This document shows, piece after piece, positions 51,319 through 60,653 of a stretch of 64,000 nt of DNA. The stretch lies in contig OZ287071.1 in NCBI GenBank assembly GCA_965645245.1, forward strand, positions 186,001 through 250,000. The letters are read 5' to 3'. The notes under the pieces were generated by a model. It saw nothing but the letters and a program-made list of their open reading frames with translations. It was not told where the DNA came from and did not search any database. Made by a program: the position numbers and the translations under genes. Position 1 is the stretch's first letter; every line of letters starts with the position of its first letter. This DNA comes from Massalongia carnosa (taxonomy: Eukaryota).

Positions 51319-52275
51319 TCAACTTTCGCGGGACGGGGTCTCGGAAGGGCTCTCTGTCTGGCTTTGGAGGTTTTGCCTAGAGCCTTTTGTTCTCATCTGG
51401 TGCAGCGAGTGTTTTGACCGAAGTTCGGGGTATCTCAGGAAACAACGGTCTGTGTAGTGCTGTGTATTTCCCTTCTTGATGCAATCTGAGTTTGTGCAGG
51501 TCCCCGGGGGTGCTCGATTACTAGGCTTTGGTGGTTTGGAGGTGAAGAGTGCCGATTGTTTGGGTGTGCCGGATTGTCTTGGAGTTTGGTCGTTCTCTTT
51601 CCTGATTTCTGCAAACCGGATAAGCTTTTTAGTGCTCTCGGCAATGTTTGTGTTCCCCATTTTCCACTCTGTCTCCATCATATAGACGATCCCCGAGTAT
51701 TCGTTTCCCATCCCAGTGAGCAGTCCTGCCTGCAGGAGTACCTCGGCTCCTTTTGCGGGGATCTCGGAATCTGTGGGAATGAGGCCGCACACAGTGTCGT
51801 AGGCCTCTTGGTATTTGCTGCAATATTCGTGAATGTCTGTGCAGTCCGATAGTCGTAATTTGGTGGTCTCCAGGATGAGTCGCGAGATGCTCATTGGAGA
51901 GATGTGCTGAAATTTCGTTTGTAGGGTTTCCCACATTTCCTTGGCTTCTTTGCCCTCGATAGCTGCTTGGTGTTTGGAGGCTACCGAGTTTTTGATGATG
52001 CCCTCCGCTTTGCTCAGGGAGGCTCGGTGCTCTTTAATTTCGGTGGAGAGGGCAGTCCAGAGTGCTTGGGCCGTCATTTCGGTGGGTTTGAAGCCCATGG
52101 CTATGATGTCCGATCTGACGGACTCCTTCGTTGGCTCTGGCTTTCCGGTGACTGCCCAGGCGCAGTTCTTCTGCTTGAGCTCTCCCAGAATGGAGGATCG
52201 CCATAATGTATAGTTCTCGGAGCCTTGGAGAATGATGCGGGGAGCCTTCTCCTGCTCTTCTCGTCGGTCTGACAT
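51319..52275 (-). CDS. Copia A gag, ending at a UGA in frame with pol
   Basis: MSDRREEQEKAPRIILQGSENY.. to CTNSDC..HYTDRC; the stop is followed by CAA CCA AAG GTG and then the protease. Confidence 0.88.
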   Translation of the reverse strand: MSDRREEQEKAPRIILQGSENYTLWRSSILGELKQKNCAWAVTGKPEPTKESVRSDIIAMGFKPTEMTAQALWTALSTEIKEHRASLSKAEGIIKNSVASKHQAAIEGKEAKEMWETLQTKFQHISPMSISRLILETTKLRLSDCTDIHEYCSKYQEAYDTVCGLIPTDSEIPAKGAEVLLQAGLLTGMGNEYSGIVYMMETEWKMGNTNIAESTKKLIRFAEIRKENDQTPRQSGTPKQSALFTSKPPKPSNRAPPGTCTNSDCIKKGNTQHYTDRCFLRYPELRSKHSLHQMRTKGSRQNLQSQTESPSETPSRES

Positions 52276-53287
52276 TTTGTGGTTTTTTGGGCGAAGAGTT
52301 CTCAACGCCTTTGGGTTGTAGGAAGGTGGGTTGCCTTGTAGCTGTTGTGGTATGCGAGCGTCTTTCGCTTCGTAACCTTTGGTATATGAGCAAGTTCTCC
52401 GCCTCGTAGCCTTCGGTATGTGAGCGTTCTGCTTCGTATGAGCGTCTTCGCCTCGTAGCCGTCTGGTATGTGAGCGTCTTCGCTTCGTAACCTTTGGTAT
52501 ATGAGCGTTCTGCTTCATATGAGAGTATTCGCCTCGTAGCCGTCTGGTATGTGAGCGTTTGCCTCGTAGCCTTTGGTATATGAGCGTTCTACTTCGTATC
52601 CTTTCAGTATGTGGGCGTAGCACTCTTCCTATCTATTGTGGTAGGAGGTCAGGCGCATTGGCTTGATTCCACATCGCCATTTCAGAATTGGCTCCTTTTG
52701 GTAGCCAAGTGGTCTTAACCCTCCCGCCTCACACCATTCCTCCTTTTCGGGTAGGAAGTTCTTCGTTCTAGGTGCTTTGCTCTGGGGGGTGTGGGGTATT
52801 TGTGGCCTGTCGCTAGCGAAGATTAATGAGCTTATGCGCTGGCCGGGCTCATAACCTGTAGAAGTATAAGATTATTCATTGTTGTTATATTAATAATTCT
52901 ATGACTCTACTTCTAAGGTCTGAAATCCTCCTAGTCCAGGATGCGTGCCGCATACCGGAATAGGTCTACTGTTACACGTGACCATAATAATGTCTAGCGC
53001 CATAGGTTGGTATCCAACAAATATAACGGAGACAAGCGTTTCGCGAATGAAGCTTTTCATAAAAGTTAAAGTTAAATATTATCGCTAAAGGGGGTGAGGA
53101 CTAGTAGGGCTTTTAAAAGCGTAGGGACTGAAAGACGGTAGGGATTGAAAGAGAGTAGGGACTGAAAGATTGTAGACGTTGAAAGAGAGTGAAGACTGAA
53201 AGAGAGTAGAGACTGGAAAGGAGTAGGAATTCAGAAAGCATAGGAACTGGAAGAGAGTAGTGACTGAAAGGGAGTAGGGATTGGAAG

Positions 53288-55727
53288 TAGGGCTAGGAAA
53301 AATACGTCAGTTGGGCCAACTGACACGTATTATACGTCACGTGCAGACTTGGACCCTGTCTTTTTGGTATAATATTACTTAAGCATGTCAAATTTATCTT
53401 TCTCATAGATCAATACCTGAAATTACTAGACATTTCTACCTAATTTGAGGTACCTTCCTATTATCTCTATACATACATTGATCATGTCTCGACAATCTGG
53501 ACATTCTGGCGGTCGACCGAAAAATGCATTGGTAGATGAGAATTTCGTTGATGTCATCATTGAAGACATGAAATACCCTCAGCATCGTTGTACGCATTGC
53601 GGATATCAGTCTGCCAAAGTTGCTACCAGGGGTCAGCAGCATTTGCAGACATGCAATGCCTTTCAAGAAGTGCAAGAAAGAAGACAGCAAGAGACGTCTT
53701 CTAGGAGCAGCAAATCTTTGATTCAATTGCCCATCACCCCTTTGATTCGTCCCTTAAATCCAGCCCAAGTTGCGCATGCTCATCGCGCTGCTGCAATGTC
53801 CGTCTTTATGACCAATCATCCGTTTAACCACTTCGAAAATCCCTATGTGATTGCTCATCATCAAGCACTGCATCCTGGATATAAACCTCCACATCATAAG
53901 CTCGTTGGCGGGAAATTATTGGACGACGCCTATGAGACGGTTAAACTGAAAGTAAATCAGCAGTTAGATGCCTGCAGTTATCTCAACTTCTTTACCGATG
54001 AAACGGCCAACATTAAGAAGGAACGGGTTATTAATCTCTGTTGTCATGTCCCTTCATCAGCTACCTCTCGAGGGGGGGGCTTTCATTTAAAAGCAATGGC
54101 CGGCATCGCTGAGACGATGACTGCAGCTGTTCAAGCTGAGTGGATGATAAAAGGCTGTAGAGAAGCGACCAATAATCAGCTCTGGAGAGTCAATTGTATA
54201 GGAACAGATACTTGCTCTACTATGAAGGCCATGTGGTCTGAAATTCGAAAGTTTCCTGAGATGAGACACGTCTTTTTCGTTCCTTGCGACAGTCACGGTT
54301 TACAGCTTCTTTTGGGAGACATTTTGAAGCTTCCTTTTTTTGCAGACATCATGCAAAAAGCTCAGTCGATAGTGATAGCTTTTCGTGGATCGAATAAAGA
54401 ATTGGCCATTCTATGGAATTTTCAGATGAAGGTAAGTAGGAATGAAATTTCAATACGGCATCAAAACGTCATTGCTAATTTATAACTTTCAAAGGCATAC
54501 AATCAACGTCAATCACTTATTCTCAACGTTTTGACCAGATGGGGTACGACTGTAGGCCTTTTGAACTCGGTGCTAAAAAGCAAGCAGGCAATTTTGGATT
54601 ATTTTCAGCAAAATGCTCCGGGCATTGATTAGGGCAGAAGTCATCCTTTAGGAACATTCGTCAACGACTTCTCGTTTTGGAAAAAGCTGGCCATCGTACA
54701 GAAAATTCTTGATCCCATACATAAAGCACAATACATGTCCGAGGCCGAGGGGCATAAACTGTACGCGGTGACTGCCAATTGGAACAGGCTTCGATCTCAC
54801 CTATATACAATGGCCAAAGAGGATGAAGATTCTGAGATGGATTTGCATCACATTGCAGAGATAGTTTGGGAAGATCGATATCTCAGTCAAATAACTGAAC
54901 TTCATGTGGTAGCAGCTCTGTTGGTTCCTCAGAATCATAACATTCAGGTGATTGGAGTATCCACGTCGAAGGCATTTTTCTCTATCATGCATAGATTCTT
55001 TGCTGAATATCTGAACGTTGAAGAAGCAAAGTCGGCAATGAAGCAATGGCTTTCTTTTCGAAATCAAGAAGACGGTTTTTATACTGCCTCCGAATGCTGG
55101 ACATATCAAACGGATTCGGAGCTGTTTTGGAACTTTTCCAGAAGCTTTGCTTTTGATCTCAGCAACATAGCTAGAAAGGTAATAATGCTGCCTGCTAATT
55201 CGGTGCTGGCAGAAAGAAATTGGTCGGTCATGAATTTGATCATGACCAAAAGTCGGAACTCTCTACATTCCATCAATGTCGATAAACTCATGTTTATTTA
55301 CATGAATGAGCGTACTCTTAATCGGCCAACAGATTTCAAAAGCAAGCTTCAGTTTGCTGGCATCGACATCAATGAGACGGATCTTTGTGAGATGGAGGAT
55401 AGACTACTGCAAGAAGAGATCTCTTTATCTGATACGTCCATGTCATCATCGAAAAGACCGGCGAGTCAAACGATATTTGGTGATGCGACGAGAGCTTAGA
55501 TAAACACCTAGCTAGTAGAGTAGGAGATACATAAAATTGTACGCAAATTGCTAACAAAATAAAGTATCTTTTCCCCACTTTCTATCTTCCCGCTTCTTCC
55601 GCCCCCCCCCCTCCCCCCCTGTAGCTAACGTTAATCCCTGTGTATGTCAGTTGGGCCAACTGACACGTATTAAACACTTCCCGATCGGGTTAGTCAATAA
55701 ACATGTTTAATACATATCCTAGCCCTA
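53288..55727 (+). mobile_element. hAT DNA transposon
   Basis: 11-bp TIR TAGGGCTAGGA/TCCTAGCCCTA; 8-bp TSD ATTGGAAG at 53280-53287 and 55728-55735. Confidence 0.95.
53484..55499 (+). pseudogene. hAT transposase (BED finger, catalytic core, hATC) with one intron and one premature TAG
   Basis: CTHC..HLQTC, FFTDET, CDSHGLQLL, intron 54432-54494, LTRWGT, TAG at 54630-54632, PANSVLAERNWS..KSRNSL..LMFIYMN. Confidence 0.9.
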
Positions 55728-56183
55728 ATTGGAAGTGGGTAGGAATTAGACGAGAGTAGGGACTGAAAGGGAGTAGTGATTGAAAAGGAATATGGACTAA
55801 AAAGCCTCAGTCATTTCAAAGCCTTGGGCGTTTTTCTTGGCTAGGGACTTTATTTCCCCAGAGCTTTTATTCTCCCAGGGCTTTCGTTTCCCTACTCTTT
55901 TCGTTTCCCGAGGGAATGAAAGCCCTGGGAGAATAAATGAGATGGTTCTATGTCACGTGAGGCCCCTGAGTCAAAGTAAATTAAGAATCACCCTCTGAAA
56001 ATTCTTTCCTCATCCACTTCTTCTCACTCGGCCTCATCCATCTCACTGACTCGTCGTCGACCCCACGTTGTCTCGGTGCCCCTACCTCGCTGTCAGTGCT
56101 TGCTGCTTTTCCCATCTCACTGACTCGTCGTCGACCTCACGTTGTCCTCGGTGCCCCTACCTCGCTGTCGGTGCTTTTTCCCA

Positions 56184-57197
56184 ATGACGAACACCCGTTC
56201 CCAAAGCACCCCGATGGACGACATAGTCCCCGACTCCCAGGAGATTGTCGGATTGACGCAGGCCCAGTCCAATCAAATCTTCGCCCTACAAAAGAAGAAA
56301 GCCGAGGCAGAAGCGAAGGCGGCCGAGGCTGAGGCCAGAATTGCCGAGTCCAAGGCATTGGTCGCCGAGAAGGAGGTGGAAAAAATGCAGCTAGAAATCG
56401 ACTGCATGCGCCGAGAATCTGACGCCCGAATAGCGGCCGTCATTCCTGCTGGCAAGCCGAGTCGTGTCGTCGGCGATGACGACGAGGACCTAGGTGAGAT
56501 CCCTCTCGAAGTAAGAAGTATAGCACCCCGTTTCGCGGGCCTACCACAGGACGAGATCATCAAGATCTTTTCAAATAAATTCAAAGCCATCAACCTCTCC
56601 CGCCTCCGACACATGCACGGCATGCAATACGAGTCCTACAAGGATCAGGACCGCATCGGCATCGAAGACGGCGCCTTGAGGTTGAGAAAGGCATCCGGGA
56701 CCTACAAAGATTTCGGAAAGACAGTTCATGACGTCTGGACCGAGAGCTTCATCAACTACACCTCGATCATGGTCAGTCTTTTCGGGAAATCGAGTCAACA
56801 GCTTCACGCCACCATGTCGGCATTCCACGGAAAAATCCTCACGCTGGCCAAGGTGTACGAGTGGCAGGAAGCAGTCCTCCCCCTCGCCATCGAAACCCAC
56901 ACTCACATCATCGCGTCTCAGCCATCCGACGCATCCCAATGGAAAATGCCCGACGAATTCCAAGCTCGATTCTGCACCCCCCTCACAGTCCTACGCCGTC
57001 GCCGCTCACGATCCCCGCCGTCCCGGCGACCGACCCCGAGAGGAGACAGGGCCGATAGGGCCGAGAAGGCAGCGGGGGAAATCTGCGACAAGTACAACAG
57101 CGGCACCTGCACCTGGCCGTCGTGCTACCGACAGCACAAATGTAAATCGTGCGGCGCGGCTGGGCATGGCCAGAAGACATGCCCAACGAAGAAATAG
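56184..57197 (+). CDS. YR-retrotransposon gag-like ORF1
   Basis: Coiled coil plus C-terminal CDKYNSGTCTWPSCYRQHKCKSCGAAGHGQKTC (CCCH and CCHC). Confidence 0.85.
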   Translation: MTNTRSQSTPMDDIVPDSQEIVGLTQAQSNQIFALQKKKAEAEAKAAEAEARIAESKALVAEKEVEKMQLEIDCMRRESDARIAAVIPAGKPSRVVGDDDEDLGEIPLEVRSIAPRFAGLPQDEIIKIFSNKFKAINLSRLRHMHGMQYESYKDQDRIGIEDGALRLRKASGTYKDFGKTVHDVWTESFINYTSIMVSLFGKSSQQLHATMSAFHGKILTLAKVYEWQEAVLPLAIETHTHIIASQPSDASQWKMPDEFQARFCTPLTVLRRRRSRSPPSRRPTPRGDRADRAEKAAGEICDKYNSGTCTWPSCYRQHKCKSCGAAGHGQKTCPTKK

Positions 57198-57242
57198 GGG
57201 GTTGGTGCAGGAGGCAGTAGAATAGCTTCAATAGCTGAATTC

Positions 57243-58946
57243 ATGACGTCCCATCCCTGCTTACCTGCACCAATCAGACCAAATACAATCCCTTCGTTTC
57301 AACTCGTAGACGCATCTCGTCAGCGTTTGAAAGACAGCCCATCTCCCCTCGTACCGTCCGCATGGGCAACTCTACTTCAAGAGTATCCGGGCCCCCTCCG
57401 AGTCCATCTGCCCATGATCCTTCGTTTCGGAGTACAAATCGGATACGAAGGCCCCACAGACATCCTTCGGATCGAAAAAAATCTGACATCAGCGAATGAG
57501 GACCCGGAAACGATCGAGAATAAGCTCCAAGAGGACCTCAGAAAGGGCCGAGTCAGACGAATAGCCGCCCCGAGTCAGCCATTTGTGGCCTCCCCCCTCG
57601 GCTTGGTCCCGAAACATGACGGAGGATGGCGACGCATTCATCATCTGTCTCATCCCAATCAAACATCAGTCAACGACAACATTCCAGAAGAGGCATCCAA
57701 ATTACAATACGCCAGACTCGACGACATTATTCAATTGATTCTGTCAGCGGGCAAAGGTGCTGTCATAGTGAAAAGAGACGTCAAAGACGCCTTTCGAAAC
57801 GTTCCCGTCGCACCTCATCATCAATGGCTTCTGGGTTTCGGATGGAATGACGAATTCTACACCGAGACATGCCTTTCGTTCGGACTGTCGACGGCCCCGT
57901 TCATCTTCAATCTTTTTGCGGAAGGCTTTCATTGGATTTTGGAATCCTTTCTACAATGGAGATTACATCACTATCTAGACGACTTCGTTGCAATTTTCCC
58001 ATCCGAGACATCGTCAGAACGATTGCACCAAGAAACAAAAGCCTACAACATTCTCACCGACATTCTTGGCATCCCGAGAAACGACTCAAAAGACGCCGAG
58101 GGAACGACAGCGACAGTCTTCGGACTCGAGGTCGACACCATCAACAGTCTTATTCGTCTGCCAGCGGACAAGCTGGAAAAAGCGAGAATCATCACTACAA
58201 AGGCACTAAACGAGACGACAATCAGCCTCGGCGACATGCAGTCAATAGCGGGCTTCCTAAGCTTCTGCGCACAGGCAGTCAAATTGGGCCGAGTCTTCTT
58301 ACGATTATTCTGGAATTTTATAGCCTCATTTCCCTCGGGCAGTCATCGTCGGGTCAAAAGAAGAATTCCCACATGGGTCAGACAGGATCTCATCTGGTGG
58401 AACAAACTTCTAGTGGACTTCAACGGTATTGTCTTCTTCGAGACGTCAACACGAGACACGATCAAGGTGCATACGGATGCATGCCTCACGGGTCTCGGAG
58501 GCTATTTTCAACAAGACAACGAGCTCGTGAATCAAAAAAACGCATGTAGGGCCCGAGTCCTAGTCCTCAATCAGGAAGGATCACCGAGCATAAACGTCCG
58601 AGAAGTCGAAGCTATCCTTCTAATCCTTCAGAAATGGGCGCCGACATGGCGACATCGACAGATCCTTGTCTTTACCGACAGCAACACAGCATACACAGGA
58701 TTCACGAATCTAACCCTCAAGGGACCGGCCAACGCGCCTCTACGAGAAATACTGTCCATAGCTGCAAAGTGGGACATCGTACTACGTTGTCAATGGATCA
58801 GTGGCACTTCCAATGGACTAGCAGATGCCCTGTCACGTTTTGATGATGAAAGATTGGCTAACTTTTGCCCTCATTGGCAGAACCCATACAATTCGATGAA
58901 CCTCCCTCCACCTACCTATCCTCCACACCAGGGTCAGCCCTGGTAA
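57243..58946 (+). CDS. DIRS-type reverse transcriptase and RNase H
   Basis: SPLGLVPKHDGGWRRIHHLS, KRDVKDAF, SFGLSTAPFIF, HYLDDF; RNase H HTDAC, REVEA, FTDSN, NGLADALSR. Confidence 0.95.
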   Translation: MTSHPCLPAPIRPNTIPSFQLVDASRQRLKDSPSPLVPSAWATLLQEYPGPLRVHLPMILRFGVQIGYEGPTDILRIEKNLTSANEDPETIENKLQEDLRKGRVRRIAAPSQPFVASPLGLVPKHDGGWRRIHHLSHPNQTSVNDNIPEEASKLQYARLDDIIQLILSAGKGAVIVKRDVKDAFRNVPVAPHHQWLLGFGWNDEFYTETCLSFGLSTAPFIFNLFAEGFHWILESFLQWRLHHYLDDFVAIFPSETSSERLHQETKAYNILTDILGIPRNDSKDAEGTTATVFGLEVDTINSLIRLPADKLEKARIITTKALNETTISLGDMQSIAGFLSFCAQAVKLGRVFLRLFWNFIASFPSGSHRRVKRRIPTWVRQDLIWWNKLLVDFNGIVFFETSTRDTIKVHTDACLTGLGGYFQQDNELVNQKNACRARVLVLNQEGSPSINVREVEAILLILQKWAPTWRHRQILVFTDSNTAYTGFTNLTLKGPANAPLREILSIAAKWDIVLRCQWISGTSNGLADALSRFDDERLANFCPHWQNPYNSMNLPPPTYPPHQGQPW

Positions 58947-60028
58947 AACGTCTCGTCTGGCACGGACACTCGGCGGACACGAGAAAAGGGTACGGGACGG
59001 CGATCGACTCATACGAGGCATTCTGCGCGACGACGGGACGCACGTCGTGGCCTGCAACAACCGAGTCCCTCGAGGAATGGCTAGCCGGTCGACTATACGG
59101 GGGCGGCACACCCAAGCAGGGAAAGATAAAACCAGAGACGGCAGCGAGCTACCTCGCCGGCCTCAGATCATACCATGTAGACCGAGGATACGGCCTCACC
59201 CCATTCGAGGGGCCGAGACTTCAATTGATGCTGAAAGGGGGAAAAAGGATCTTTTCTCAGACAAAAAGAAGACGCCTACCCATTTCAAAAGAATTACTGA
59301 CAAAAATCACCAGTATTCCCGCTCATTCGGCCGAAGACCTCAACATCGACGCGACATTCAAAGTTGCATGGGCAGGGTTCCTCAGACTCGGGGAAATCAC
59401 CTACACTGTCGCTGATCGTAAGAAGACATCTTTTCAGAGATTGAAACCTACACGAGGTGACATCTCATTCGCCGAGAACGATCAATACGCGACATTACGT
59501 CTCAAAAGAAGCAAAACAGACACAAATCACTCAGGAGTTCAGATAGTGCTGGCAGCGACCAATGAGAGCACTTGCCCCGTGACAGCACTACGGCGTCTTT
59601 TCAGAAATGATCCTCAGCCATCTACATCCCCGCTTTTTCGTCTCGGCACCGCATTCACCAGAGCCTCCGTCATAGCATCCCTGAAAAAGAGACTGATAGC
59701 CGTCGGCATCAACGACTCGGCATACTCGGGACACAGCTTCAGAAAAGGAGCAGCACAACACGCCGCCGACCACGGGATGCTGGATGAGAGTATTCAGAGA
59801 CTCGGAAGATGGTCATCAAACGCGTTTCAGCTATACTTTCAGACGTCCCAGGCCTCACTATTCAATTTGAACCTCAGTTTTCAAAAAGGCATCCCTCTAG
59901 CAGTCCCACGTGCTGTCGTCGCCGAGACGAATCCTACAAACTCCTACCCCTACTCAATTGGGCATTCCATTGGGCGTACAGGTCAACCAGGGCATCGATC
60001 CGGAGCGCCGCCGGGCACCTCCATCTAG
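58865..60028 (+). CDS. Tyrosine recombinase
   Basis: GFLRLGE (R), KRSKTD (K), GHSFRKG (HxxR), LGRWSSNAFQLY (W, Y). The ORF overlaps the RT ORF by 82 nt and has no ATG at its start. Confidence 0.93.
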   Translation: MPSLAEPIQFDEPPSTYLSSTPGSALVKRLVWHGHSADTRKGYGTAIDSYEAFCATTGRTSWPATTESLEEWLAGRLYGGGTPKQGKIKPETAASYLAGLRSYHVDRGYGLTPFEGPRLQLMLKGGKRIFSQTKRRRLPISKELLTKITSIPAHSAEDLNIDATFKVAWAGFLRLGEITYTVADRKKTSFQRLKPTRGDISFAENDQYATLRLKRSKTDTNHSGVQIVLAATNESTCPVTALRRLFRNDPQPSTSPLFRLGTAFTRASVIASLKKRLIAVGINDSAYSGHSFRKGAAQHAADHGMLDESIQRLGRWSSNAFQLYFQTSQASLFNLNLSFQKGIPLAVPRAVVAETNPTNSYPYSIGHSIGRTGQPGHRSGAPPGTSI

Positions 60029-60653
60029 ATCATCGCCGTCGGGCACTGCCGTCGGGCATCATCTATCGGATCGTTGAGCGTCAGCAGACGCCTCGGGCCT
60101 AGAAGATGAGGTTCTCACCTCAGCACCGACCCCGAGTCACGTGCCTAGGCCTGCCCGGGCTGACCTGTGTCGTTCCCATGCCCAATCAAATTCAAGCATT
60201 CAAATCAATTCATCCAATTAAAAGCCCCCCCAGCGCAAGCGAAGGTAACGGCACCGATAAGGGTCATAGAACCCTGGGGAAATAAAGTCCCTGAGGGGAC
60301 AAAAGCCCTGGGGAATAAAAGTCGTAAGGAGACATAACTCGTGGGACCAACCTCGTAGAATGAAATTCTTAAAATACATACCAAAATTAAAGCAAAAAGC
60401 TAGATTAATATAATTGTACTCCACGCCTCTTTAATTACTGGTTGCCTTTCCTTTTCACTTGCTTTTTCCAAGTCGGTTCTTTTCTTCGTCAACCAGCCTA
60501 CGGATGTCTTGATCAGAAAAGTCAACAGTGCTCTTGAAGCAGCTAAGGCGTCAAATCCCATCTATGAAGTATTCTGGGGGACTTGTGTCGCGATCCGTAC
60601 GCCGACAAGACTGAATCCGCTTACATCACCACCAGCCTGGCCGAACATCGATA

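Larger units (their letters stand above)
47496..53019 (-). mobile_element. Ty1/Copia family A, copy 2, full length
   Basis: 163-bp LTRs at 47496-47658 and 52857-53019 (4 transitions); TSD AATAT; PBS GGTTATGAGCCC; G-rich PPT. Confidence 0.97.
53104..55937. repeat. Degenerate ~17-bp tandem array (GTAGGGACTGAAAGAGA-like), split by the hAT; related inverted motifs at 55840-55937 and 60219-60325
   Basis: About 10 imperfect units at 53104-53287 continue at 55736-55800. CCCTGGG(G/A)GAATAAA-type motifs occur in both orientations around the YR element. Confidence 0.7.
55938..60218 (+). mobile_element. Tyrosine-recombinase retrotransposon (Ngaro/DIRS-type), apparently intact
   Basis: gag, RT/RNase H and YR ORFs in series. 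Boundaries are inferred from TAAA on both sides, whose removal restores the host repeat unit. Confidence 0.88.

Noticed and set aside
51319..52623. Long basic repetitive N-terminal extension of gag (434-aa ORF)
   Set aside because: It starts at GTG within leader tandem repeats whose number differs between the copies. The ATG at 52275 is the likelier start.
58865..60028. Starship captain or Crypton recombinase
   Set aside because: The YR is short and directly coupled to gag and a DIRS-type RT, so it belongs to the retroelement.
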